In this document: positions 25,857 through 35,000 of the stretch, in pieces
Layout: the number at the start of each line of letters is the position of its first letter
How positions within the stretch are numbered: position 1 is the stretch's first letter
Assembly: GCA_035534315.1 (NCBI GenBank)
Contig: DATLSD010000049.1
Span: 19,339 to 83,338 of the forward strand
From: Elusimicrobiota bacterium
Lineage (GTDB): Bacteria; Elusimicrobiota; Elusimicrobia; UBA1565; UBA9628
Reading direction: 5' to 3'
Length of the DNA: 64,000 nt
Made by a program: the position numbers and the translations under genes
The notes under the pieces: model-generated
What the model saw: the letters and a program-made list of their open reading frames with translations, nothing else
What the model was told of the DNA's origin: nothing
Databases searched by the model: none

Positions 25857-26810
25857 ATGTCATTGCCATTGAGAAAAAAATTCCGCAGCTGGTCGCGCCC
25901 GAGCGCGCTTTTGGCGCTCGCGGCCTTCCTTGCCGCCGCTCCGATTCCCGAAGCCTGGGGCTGTGCCTGCGGCTGCGGGGTCTACGACACCCAAACCAAC
26001 TCCATGCTGCCCACCCAGCCCGGCGGCATGCTCTACCTCGAGTACGACTTCATGAACCAGAAGCAGAACTGGGCCGGGACCTCAAGCGCATCCGACGACG
26101 ACAACAGCGACAAACAGATCCGCTCGAACTTCGTCAACGCCGGAATCCACTACATGTTCAACCGGCAGTGGGGCGTCATGGCTAACGTCCCGGTGGATCA
26201 GCGCTACTTCAAGACCATGGCGGACGACGGCGGCATCCAGGGCTACAGTCACACGGCCTTGGGCGACATCAGCCTGCAGGGAGTCTATACCGGATTCTCG
26301 CCGGACATGTCGAGCGGGTTGACCTTCGGCTTGAAACTGCCCACCGGCGACGACACCTACGCCAACTTCGACCGCGACACCGAGTTGGGGACCGGCAGCA
26401 CCCAAATCCTATTGGGCGCCTACCACACCGGCGCGATTACGTCGGACGACAAGTGGATGTATTTCGCCGATGGCGAATGGGACGAGCCGACTTTGATCGC
26501 GGCGGGCTACCGCCCAGGCGCGGAAGTCGACGCCGTTGCGGGGGGGTATTACAATAATTGGCGCGCGGGCTCCCTCAAGATAGCACCCATGGCCCAAGCC
26601 GTAGGTTCGTTGCGCTGGCGCGACAGCGGCCCGGCGGCGCACTCGGGCGACACCGGCTACCAACGCATCCTGTTATGGCCCGGCCTGGAACTGGACTCTC
26701 CCTCCTGGAAAGTCGACGCGGGCGTGGGCTTTCCGATCTATCAGCGCGCCAACGGAAACCAGCTTGTGGCCGACGAATACTACCGCCTCATCGTAGGATG
26801 GAGCTTCTAG
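25857..26810 (+). CDS. outer-membrane beta-barrel protein with N-terminal Cys cluster (CxCxC)
   Basis: The SD AAGGAG lies upstream. After the signal peptide 'ALLALAAFLAAAP' the mature N-terminus is 'EAWGCACGCGVYD'. It shows beta-strand periodicity and ends 'IVGWSF'. A strong terminator follows. Confidence 0.75.
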   Translation: MSLPLRKKFRSWSRPSALLALAAFLAAAPIPEAWGCACGCGVYDTQTNSMLPTQPGGMLYLEYDFMNQKQNWAGTSSASDDDNSDKQIRSNFVNAGIHYMFNRQWGVMANVPVDQRYFKTMADDGGIQGYSHTALGDISLQGVYTGFSPDMSSGLTFGLKLPTGDDTYANFDRDTELGTGSTQILLGAYHTGAITSDDKWMYFADGEWDEPTLIAAGYRPGAEVDAVAGGYYNNWRAGSLKIAPMAQAVGSLRWRDSGPAAHSGDTGYQRILLWPGLELDSPSWKVDAGVGFPIYQRANGNQLVADEYYRLIVGWSF

Positions 26811-26840
26811 GAAAAGCCGGAATCGCCAAGTGGCATTAGA

Positions 26841-26873
26841 GCGCGGCCGGGCAAAAATTTTGCCCGGCCGCGC
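26841..26873 (+). terminator. rho-independent terminator (symmetrical, possibly bidirectional)
   Basis: A 33-nt perfect palindrome, GCGCGGCCGGGCAAAA-a-TTTTGCCCGGCCGCGC, followed by ttcattt. Confidence 0.75.
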
Positions 26874-26915
26874 TTCATTTCCGCTCTGAAGTATAGTTAA
26901 ATCTATGAGAAGCTC

Positions 26916-27590
26916 ATGCGCATACTGGTCGTAGAAGACGATCCAAAAATCGCCGCCTTCATCAGCCGGGGACTCAAAGAATCCGGCTTCGTGGTGGATC
27001 ACGCGGCCGACGGCGAGACGGCCTATCGCCGCTTGCTTGGCGAGCCCTACGCCGCCTCGGTCATGGACGTCATGCTCCCAAAATTGGACGGACTTTCCGT
27101 CATCGAGAAAATCCGCAAGGAGAATGTCGGCGTGCCGGTCCTCATTTTGAGCGCCAAGCGCTCCGTGGACGACCGCGTCAAAGGCCTGCGCACCGGGGGG
27201 GACGACTACCTCACCAAACCCTTCTCCTTTTCCGAGCTTCTCGCCCGCATCGAGGCACTCCTGCGCAGGCCCCGGCCCGTCGCGGACGCCGCGCCCATAG
27301 CGCTTGCGGATCTGTCCCTGGATCCCGTGTCAAGAGAAGTCGTCCGAGGCGGAGAAAAGATCGATCTGCCGGCGAAGGAATTTCTCCTGCTCGAATATCT
27401 CGCGCGCAACGCCGGCCGGCCCGTCACCAAGGCCATGATCCTGGAAAACGTCTGGAACTACGACTTCGATCCGCAGACCAATGTGGTGGACGTGCTCGTG
27501 TGCCGCCTGCGGGACAAAATCGACAAGCCTTTTAATAAGAAGCTCATTCACACCATCCGCGGAGTCGGCTACGTCATCAAGGACGCCTGA
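26916..27590 (+). CDS. OmpR-family response regulator, CusR/CopR-like
   Basis: 'MRILVVEDDPKI', a phospho-acceptor region 'VMDVMLPKLDG', 'RVKGLRTGGDDYLTKPFSFSELLARIEALLRR' very similar to CusR, and a winged-helix C-terminus 'IHTIRGVGYV'. Confidence 0.9.
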   Translation: MRILVVEDDPKIAAFISRGLKESGFVVDHAADGETAYRRLLGEPYAASVMDVMLPKLDGLSVIEKIRKENVGVPVLILSAKRSVDDRVKGLRTGGDDYLTKPFSFSELLARIEALLRRPRPVADAAPIALADLSLDPVSREVVRGGEKIDLPAKEFLLLEYLARNAGRPVTKAMILENVWNYDFDPQTNVVDVLVCRLRDKIDKPFNKKLIHTIRGVGYVIKDA

Positions 27591-27627
27591 GACGCTCTGG
27601 CGCAGGCGGAGCTCGCTCAGCTTCCGC

Positions 27628-28983
27628 ATGGCCGCCTGGTCCGCGGCTCTTTCCATCATCGGCAACGCCCTGGTGATGGGCGCGGCCTATTTCTTCCTGG
27701 CCACCTCGCTGCGCCAGAGGGACCGCGCGGCCATCGTCTCATCGATGACGCACATGCGGGACGAATACAGGGATGAGGGCATCCCCGGACTCGAGCGCGA
27801 AGCGGCCGTGCAAATCAGCCGCCAGGGCAAGGACGCCCACGTCATCCGCCTGCTAGCCCAAAACGGACGGGAGCTTCTCAAGATGCGGACCGCGAGCTGG
27901 AACGGATTCAATCTTAAAGAGGCTTTCCCCGTGGTCCCGCGAAACGCGCTGCGCTGGCTCGTCCTTCCCGGAACCCGGGACGGGCAAATCATGGAGCTTG
28001 CCTCCTGGCGGCTCTCCAACGGAGATATCCTGCAGGTCGGCAACAGCGACGCGGCGCGGGAAGACGTGCTGGAGCGCTTCCGCTGGATATTGGCCGCGGT
28101 CTTCCTGCCGGCGGTCCTGCTGGGATTTATCGGCGGCTTTCTCATCGCCCGGCGCGCGCTTAGTCCCGTCCGAGATTTAATCAAAACTCTTGAGGCCGTC
28201 AAATCCGGCGCCATGGGCGCCCGCGCCCCGGACCTGCCAACAGGAGGGGAACTGGACGAGCTGACCGGCATCTTCAATGCCATGATGGAGCGCATCGAAT
28301 CTCTCGTTCACGGCATGAAGAGCGCTTTGGACAACGTCGCTCACGATCTACGCACGCCCATGACGCGTCTGCGAGCCGTCGCAGAACTCCCGCTCCGCTC
28401 CGAAGCCGGCCCGTCCGAGTGCCGCGAGGCCTTGGCCGACTGCGTCGAGGAATCGGACAAGGTTTTGGCTATGCTCAACACCCTCATGGACATCTCCGAG
28501 GCCGAGACCGGCACGATGGCGCTCAAGCTCGAGCCCTCCGACCTGCGCGAACTCTTGAGCGACGTCTCCGAAGCCTACCGCTACGCCGCGGAAGAAAAAG
28601 GGGTCAGCCTCGGCCGCGTCCATGAGGCGGCGAGTCTTCGCGTCCTCTGCGATCAAAGCCGCATGCGCCGCGTCGTGGCCAACCTGCTGGACAACGCCGT
28701 GAAATACACTCCGCCTGGAGGCGTCATCGCGCTTGAGACCGCGCGCGAAAACGGCTTCGCCGCCTTCAGCGTCAGCGACACCGGAATCGGCATGCCGCCT
28801 GACGACCTGCCCAAAATATGGGAGCGCCTCTACCGGGGCGGTTCCGGACGCGCCCAGCGCGGCCTCGGCCTGGGATTGAGTTTGGTCAAGGCCATCGTCG
28901 ACGCGCACGGCGGACGCGTGGAAGTCTCCAGCGCTCCGGGTTCCGGCTCGCGCTTTACCGTGCGCCTCAAACTCATCTCCTAG
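27628..28983 (+). CDS. sensor histidine kinase (two TM, HAMP, HisKA, HATPase_c)
   Basis: H-box 'VAHDLRTPMTRL', N-box 'LLDNAVKYTP', and G-boxes 'DTGIGM' and 'GLGLGLSLVKAIV'. The start is set at the first ATG after the response regulator stop. The ORF is open from 27481, so the true start is uncertain. Confidence 0.85.
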   Translation: MAAWSAALSIIGNALVMGAAYFFLATSLRQRDRAAIVSSMTHMRDEYRDEGIPGLEREAAVQISRQGKDAHVIRLLAQNGRELLKMRTASWNGFNLKEAFPVVPRNALRWLVLPGTRDGQIMELASWRLSNGDILQVGNSDAAREDVLERFRWILAAVFLPAVLLGFIGGFLIARRALSPVRDLIKTLEAVKSGAMGARAPDLPTGGELDELTGIFNAMMERIESLVHGMKSALDNVAHDLRTPMTRLRAVAELPLRSEAGPSECREALADCVEESDKVLAMLNTLMDISEAETGTMALKLEPSDLRELLSDVSEAYRYAAEEKGVSLGRVHEAASLRVLCDQSRMRRVVANLLDNAVKYTPPGGVIALETARENGFAAFSVSDTGIGMPPDDLPKIWERLYRGGSGRAQRGLGLGLSLVKAIVDAHGGRVEVSSAPGSGSRFTVRLKLIS

Positions 28984-29105
28984 GTTCGAGAGACCGCCTT
29001 TCTTTCGCTCTCCGAACATTGCAGGAATGTAATGCCTCCGCAAGGTCCCCGCAATGGCGCGCGTGTATGATTAAGGGCGTCGCTAATCCTAATAGTAAGG
29101 AGTCA

Positions 29106-29582
29106 ATGATGAAACAGACCGCCATCGCAACGGCGCTTCTGCTGGCCGCGGTCTCGGCGTTCGCCGCCGCACCGGCCAAGCAAAAGCCAGTCCGCCTCGC
29201 CCTGCCCGTCCTGACGAAAGCTCAGGCCTCCGCCGCCCTTCGCACGCAGGTCAAGGGCGCGAAGATCCTCGAATCCGAACTCGAAAAGGAAGCCGGCCAA
29301 CTCATCTGGTCGTTCGACGTCGAATCCAAGAGCGGCATCACGGAAGTCTGGCTCAATCCCCATACCGGCGCCGTCATCAAAAAGCAGGCTGAGTCCGCCG
29401 CGCGCGAAAAACGCGAGATGATGGGGGAAAAGCGGGAGCGCCGAGCCGCGGCCAAAAACGAGCGCAGGGAAGAAGCGAGGGAGAGCGCGGCGCGCAAGAA
29501 ATCCGCGACCGCCCCTTCGCCGATGCAACTGCCGGCATCCGCCCTGCCGGCGTCTTCGAGCCAGGCTAAGCCGGGACATTAA
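29106..29582 (+). CDS. PepSY-domain exported protein with Lys/Arg/Glu-rich tail
   Basis: The SD AAGGAG lies 4 nt upstream of ATGATG. It has the signal peptide 'ATALLLAAVSAFAAA' and a PepSY-like core 'ILESELEKEAGQLIWSFDVESKSGITEVWLNPHTGAVI'. Confidence 0.75.
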   Translation: MMKQTAIATALLLAAVSAFAAAPAKQKPVRLALPVLTKAQASAALRTQVKGAKILESELEKEAGQLIWSFDVESKSGITEVWLNPHTGAVIKKQAESAAREKREMMGEKRERRAAAKNERREEARESAARKKSATAPSPMQLPASALPASSSQAKPGH

Positions 29583-29597
29583 AATTCTCGGGCAACC

Positions 29598-30101
29598 ATG
29601 GGCTGGCCCTGGCTTCGCCGCCGAAGCTGGCTGGACAAGGTCTTTGCCCTGGCCGTCGGCGCAAAAGGGGCCGACGGCGCTCTTGAAATCACCGGGGGGT
29701 GGCTCTTGTGGGCCGCCCCCCGCGCGGAACTAAACCGCTGGATCGTGATGCTGACCCAGCATGAACTCATGGAGGATCCGGACGACTACGTCGCGACTCA
29801 TTTAAGGATTATGGCCTCCCACCTTTCGCTCCACGCCAAACATCTTGCCGCGCTCTACCTGATGGCCCATGGCCTGATTAAGGTTATTTTGGCCGTCAGC
29901 CTGCTGCGGAACAGGCTTTGGGCTTATCCTGCCGCCATCGCTTTTCTCTCCGCCTTCGCGGCCTATACGTTTTATCGATTCGCTTACACTCGCTTGCCGA
30001 TTCTGGCCGCATTGGCCGTTCTGAACCTGATTCTTGTGCTCCTGATATCCCTAGAGTATGCGCAAAGAAGGAAAAAACATGCCTTGCCCGCCCTCTACTA
30101 G
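29598..30101 (+). CDS. small integral membrane protein (DUF2127-like)
   Basis: 167 aa. The N-terminal 'KGADGALEITGG' followed by four hydrophobic segments resembles DUF2127. The family assignment is from memory only. Confidence 0.55.
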   Translation: MGWPWLRRRSWLDKVFALAVGAKGADGALEITGGWLLWAAPRAELNRWIVMLTQHELMEDPDDYVATHLRIMASHLSLHAKHLAALYLMAHGLIKVILAVSLLRNRLWAYPAAIAFLSAFAAYTFYRFAYTRLPILAALAVLNLILVLLISLEYAQRRKKHALPALY

Positions 30102-30153
30102 TGAAGAAAATTCCTGTTGTCGCGCGGCTCGGAAGTTTTTTAGAATTTCGGCC

Positions 30154-31440
30154 ATGAAGTTCCCGGTCGGGAGAGGCCTTGCGCCGCTCCTGATTCTTCT
30201 CCTGTTCGCACCCGGCCTTCGCGCGTCGGCTCAGCCGCAGGATCTCACCCTGACCCAATGCCTGACTCTGGCCGAAGCCAAGTCGCCGCAAAGCGTCAGG
30301 GCCCAACTCCAGGCGCTCCTGGCCCGGCAGCAAAAACAAGAGGCGCTGCGAAACCTTCTGCCCACCGTTTCCGCGTTGGGGGGATATACGGAAACCAACA
30401 GCCCTCTTTACGCCCCCATCCTGGACAACTCGGAAAACGGAGCGGTCGAGGTCAGCTACGACGGTTTCCCTTTTTCGCCAAAGTGGTACGAACGCGAGCG
30501 ATTGGACGCGCTCTCACGTGCCGCCCAATACGCCAAAATCCAGACCAAGCAGGACGTCGCGTTCACGGTCGAAAGCCTCTATTTCTCCATCCTTAACAAC
30601 CAGGATGCCGTGGCGGACTTGAACAAGGTCGAAGGGCGCTTCAATCGCCTGCGCCTGACCGTCATCCCGCGCTACACCATGGGCCGCGCGCCGCCTTTTG
30701 ATTTGATCCAGGTCAAATCCAGCCTGGCGGACCTGGCCCGATTGCGCGATTTGCTCTCCGTCCAGCTGGAGACGGACGAAACGCAGCTGGCCCTCATCCT
30801 GGGGCTCTCGCCGAACAACGGTTTGGCGCTCAAACCCATCTCGGCCCTGCCCGCCATTCCCGAGTTCTCCTACGGTCAAGTCGAGGGGAGCCCTGCTCTG
30901 GCCTCGCTCAAAGCGCAGACCGACGCCGCAAAAATGGGCCTGAAGGAAGCCCGCGGCCAGCGCTATCCCCAGTTAGTCGCCAACTACCAATACGGCTACG
31001 GCGGCCCGACCATGAAAGACACGATCGTGGGCCATGTGCTCAGCGTCGGATTAAGGCTCAACATTTTCGATTGGGGGCAGATCTCCTCGCGCATCCGTCA
31101 AAATCGAACCTCATTATCCTTGGCGGACAACGCGCTGACGGCGAAGGAAGAGGCGCTTACAGCCGCTTTTGCGCGCGCGAACGCCCAAGCTCAAGCGGAC
31201 TTGGCCGAAATGAAGCGTCTCGAGGAGCTTTTGCCCGAGAGCCGCCGTTCGGCCCAGTCGACCGTGGAACGCTACCGCCGGGGCGCCACGACCATCTTGG
31301 AAGCCACCGGGGCCATGCAGATTTGGCTCAATGCTTTGCTTGGAGAACGCGCCGCCTATTACTCCTACCTTCAAGATTTGGCCACGATGCAGGATTTAAT
31401 CGGACAAGGGGGCCCCGCCGCGGCCAAGATTTATGAATAA
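30154..31440 (+). CDS. TolC-family outer-membrane efflux protein
   Basis: I chose the ATG at 30154. It has the signal peptide 'LAPLLILLLFAPGLRASA', 'LTLTQCLTLAEAKSP', and two repeated halves with long helical segments typical of OEP/TolC. Confidence 0.85.
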   Translation: MKFPVGRGLAPLLILLLFAPGLRASAQPQDLTLTQCLTLAEAKSPQSVRAQLQALLARQQKQEALRNLLPTVSALGGYTETNSPLYAPILDNSENGAVEVSYDGFPFSPKWYERERLDALSRAAQYAKIQTKQDVAFTVESLYFSILNNQDAVADLNKVEGRFNRLRLTVIPRYTMGRAPPFDLIQVKSSLADLARLRDLLSVQLETDETQLALILGLSPNNGLALKPISALPAIPEFSYGQVEGSPALASLKAQTDAAKMGLKEARGQRYPQLVANYQYGYGGPTMKDTIVGHVLSVGLRLNIFDWGQISSRIRQNRTSLSLADNALTAKEEALTAAFARANAQAQADLAEMKRLEELLPESRRSAQSTVERYRRGATTILEATGAMQIWLNALLGERAAYYSYLQDLATMQDLIGQGGPAAAKIYE

Positions 31441-32092
31441 GCCCCTGCGCGCGACCCCGGCCTTGGCGGCGGCCCTTTTCTGCCTCGCGAGTTGCTCCCG
31501 AAAGCGCATGGCGGCGCTCCCCGCCCTTAATGACCGGCCCATCGTAGCTCAGGCGAGCCTGCAGGATCTTAAGGAATACGTGCCCGGTTACGGCATTTCG
31601 ACCGAGGACACCGGCCGGCTCGAGTTCGCGGTCAATATCGAGGCGGCGGACACGCCCCAAGTTTCCCGCGGCGAACTCGCCACGGCCTACGTGGCGCCGT
31701 CAACGGCGCCCATCCATTGCCGCGTAGCGCAGGTCCTGCGCGCCGTCAGCGCCGAGACCGGGCAGTCCATCGCCTGGCTGAGGCCCGTGGGCGACGGCGA
31801 CGTGCCCGTGGGCAATTTCGTCGACGCGCGCATCATCACGCGGGTACGCCATCATGTCCTTGCGGTTCCGCCCTCTGCGGTGCTCTTTAGGAACGGTCAG
31901 GCATGGGTCATCCGCGCCGAGCCGCCGCAAAATCCATCGGGGCAGACGAACTACGTCCCGACGGCGGTGACTTTGGGAGAAGTCACGGATGAAGCGGTGG
32001 AAATAAAATCCGGCTTGAAGTCCGGAGATCAGATCGTGGTCCAGGGCGGCATCGGATACTTGTACCCCGATTTCAAGGCGGAGGCGGACTAG
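31433..32092 (+). CDS. short efflux periplasmic adaptor (MFP)-like lipoprotein
   Basis: It overlaps the tolC stop and has the lipobox 'LASC'. It carries beta-barrel/MP-domain-like C-terminal motifs ('VLAVPPSAVLFRNGQAWV', 'VEIKSGLKSGDQIVVQG'). At 219 aa it is much shorter than typical adaptors. Confidence 0.7.
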   Translation: MNKPLRATPALAAALFCLASCSRKRMAALPALNDRPIVAQASLQDLKEYVPGYGISTEDTGRLEFAVNIEAADTPQVSRGELATAYVAPSTAPIHCRVAQVLRAVSAETGQSIAWLRPVGDGDVPVGNFVDARIITRVRHHVLAVPPSAVLFRNGQAWVIRAEPPQNPSGQTNYVPTAVTLGEVTDEAVEIKSGLKSGDQIVVQGGIGYLYPDFKAEAD

Positions 32093-32098
32093 GGCGCC

Positions 32099-35000
32099 AT
32101 GTTCAAGAAATTGCTCTCCAAGCTGCTTGAAGCCCCCAAAGGCGTCGCCTTGGCCGTAGCCCTGGTCTTCTTGGCCGGTCTCGCATCTTTCCGCGGCCTT
32201 CAGGTGGGATTATTTCCTCCGCTAAACTTCCCGATCCTAAGCGTGGTCACGCAGATGCCCAGCTATTCCTCTTTGGAGATGGAGCGGCAGATCACCGTGC
32301 CTCTCGAAAGCGCCTTCAGCGGCGTTTTAGGCGTGCGCAAGGTGCGCTCCGCCTCGGCCACGGGCATCTCCATGGTCTCCATCCAATTCGCCTGGGGCAC
32401 CGACATGCTCCAGGCCCGCGAGCTCATTCTCCAGGCGCTGTCCTCCATCCGGGGTCAACTGCCGCCCGACGCCGAACCAAGCGTGGAGACCTTGGGCGCG
32501 ACCCTGGCCATGATCCAAGGCTACAGTCTAAGCGGCGGTCCGGACACGAGCCCCGTGGAGCTGCGCGACATCGCTGCCTACCAGTTGCGGCCGCAGCTCC
32601 AGCGCATCATGGGCGTCTATAAGGTTCTGGTCATCGGCGGCAAGGCGCTGGAATACTCCGTGCGACTGAATCCCTACTTGATGATCAAGTACGGGGTGAC
32701 CCTGGAAGACGTGCGGACGGCGCTGGCCGACAACAACATCCTGGCCAACCCCGGCACCGTGGTCCACGACAGCCAGGAGCTTGTCCTTCACTCGGACGGG
32801 CAGTTTGGCAGCGCCGCGGAAATCGGGGAAGTCGTCATCGCGGTCAAGGACGGGATTCCCGTGCGGATCAAAGATGTCGCGCGCGTGGCCCAAACATACC
32901 AATACGAGCGCGGGGACACCTCGGAGGACGGGCATCCTGCCGTGCTCATCCAGATATTCAAGCAGCCTTCCTTCGGCACTCTCGACGTGGCCGCGCGCAT
33001 CGACGCCGAAATCAAGGCTTTTTCAAAAAGCCTCCCCGAAGGCGTCACCCTCCACAATTATTACGACCAAGCTCAACTCGTTTCGGACTCCATTGAAAAC
33101 GTCAAGGAGAACGTCTGGATCGGCGGGCTTTTGGTCATCCTGGTGCTGGCCCTGGCGCTCAGGAGTTTCAAGACGACGCTCATCGCCACCATCAGCATCC
33201 CAATCTCCGTGGTCGCGGCCTTGGTTCTGATGCGCGCCTTGGGCATCGGTTTAAACGTTATGTCCTTGGGGGGACTTGCCATCGGCACGGCCATCATCGT
33301 CGATGACGCCATCGTGGTGCTGGAAAACATCTTCCGCTGGCTCTCCACGCCGACTTTGCGCGGAAGCCTCAGCCACAAAGACCTCGTCATCTCCGCGACC
33401 CAGGAGGTCATCAAGCCCGTCGTCGTTTCAACCTTCACCAATATCGGCATCTTTTTGCCCATGGTGTTCGTGGCGGGGTTCGCGGGCCGGCTCTTCGCCC
33501 CGGTGAGTTTCACCGTGACCTTCACCATCCTGGCGTCCCTGATCGTCGCCGTGACCGTCATTCCCACCCTGGCGCTCTACTGGCTCAAGGCCAAGGACGC
33601 GCCTCCCGAGGAGACCGAGGGCTCCCTGAAGGACGGCTATTCCAGAATCCTCGGGGCCGCGATGCGGCGGCCGCTGGCGGCCATCGTGCTGGGGCTTTTG
33701 CCCGCCGTGGCCGCCCTGGGATTTTTCAGCAAGCTCAACGTGGAGTTCCTGCCAAGCCTGGACGAGGGCGCGATTTTATTGTCGACCCTCATGCCGCCCG
33801 GAGTTTCCCTGACCGAGGCCGAGCGCGTCAACCGGAAAATCGAGCTCTGGGCGCAGAGCTTGCCGGGAGTAGTGACCGTGGCCCGGCTCACGGGGCATGC
33901 CGCCGGCGCCGAAGACACGGACAATATCAACCACAGCGACATCATGATCAAGCTCGTGCCCAAGACCAAGCGCCCCATCCCGCTCAAAGAGTTCATCGCC
34001 CAGATGAGCGCCAAGACCGACGCGCTTCCCAGCGTTTCGGCCGAGTATCTCATGCCCTTGGCGGACAAGATCAACGACGCCATGGGCGGCGTGCCGGCGG
34101 ATTTAGGCGTCAATATTTTCGGCCCTGACCTGGGGAAGCTCAACTTCTACGCTCAGAAACTGGTTAAGTCCATGAAGCCCATTCCAGGCATCGTCAACTT
34201 GATGCCCCCGGCCACCATTCCAGTGCCCTCGCTTCAGGTGACCCTCAATAAAAAAGAAGCCGGCCGCCTGGGCATCTCGGAAAGCACCATCTACGACACC
34301 CTCGACGCCTACTCGGTGGGCTTGGTGGCCACCGCTATCCGCCAGGTCCTCAAGCGCATCAACGTAACTCTGCACTACGCGGCGCCCGGCCAAAACATTG
34401 ATTTCGAGGCCATGGACAGCCTGCCCTTGCGGACCGCCGGAGGGAATATCGTGCCATTGGAGCAGGTAGCGAGCTTAAGCTACAGCGAAATCCCCAGCGA
34501 AATCGATCACGAGCACTTGAGCCGCATGGTGACCGTCACCGCGAACATCAGCGGCCGCAACGCGCGGAACGTCGCCGCGGATGTGCAGAAAGCGGTTGAG
34601 GCCCTGCAACTGCCCCCAGGCTACTCCTGGGCCTTTACCGGAAAATACGCGGCGCAGCAGAAATCGTTCTCCAACCTGCTCATGGTGCTGGGCTTTGCAA
34701 TCATCGTCGTCGCTCTTATCATGTGGCTGGAGTTCCGCTCCTGGATCCAGGTCGCCATCATCCTCCTCACCGTCCCCTTGGCCGGCGTGGGCGCCATCTT
34801 CAGCCTCTGGCTCTGCGGCCAGACCGTGAATGTCTCCTCCATGATCGGCGCGGTGCTTTTGGTCGGCATCGTGGTCCGCAACGGCATCCTGCTCCTGGAT
34901 TACATGAACGCCCAATTGGCCGAAGGCATTCCTTTAAAAGAAGCCATTTCCACGGCGGCCCTAAAGCGCGTGCGTCCGATTTTAATGACCGCCTCCGTCA

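Noticed and set aside
27481-27627. Upstream ATG (27481) as the start of the histidine kinase, and similar long 5' extensions of track ORFs at 28818, 30058, 53766, 57537, 39095 and 48717
   Set aside because: The extensions overlap the preceding genes and encode Arg/Pro/Ser-rich low-complexity sequence. Internal starts with an SD, a signal peptide or coupling to the upstream stop fit better. For the kinase, however, no canonical start precedes the conserved 'SLSFR' residues, so its start remains uncertain.
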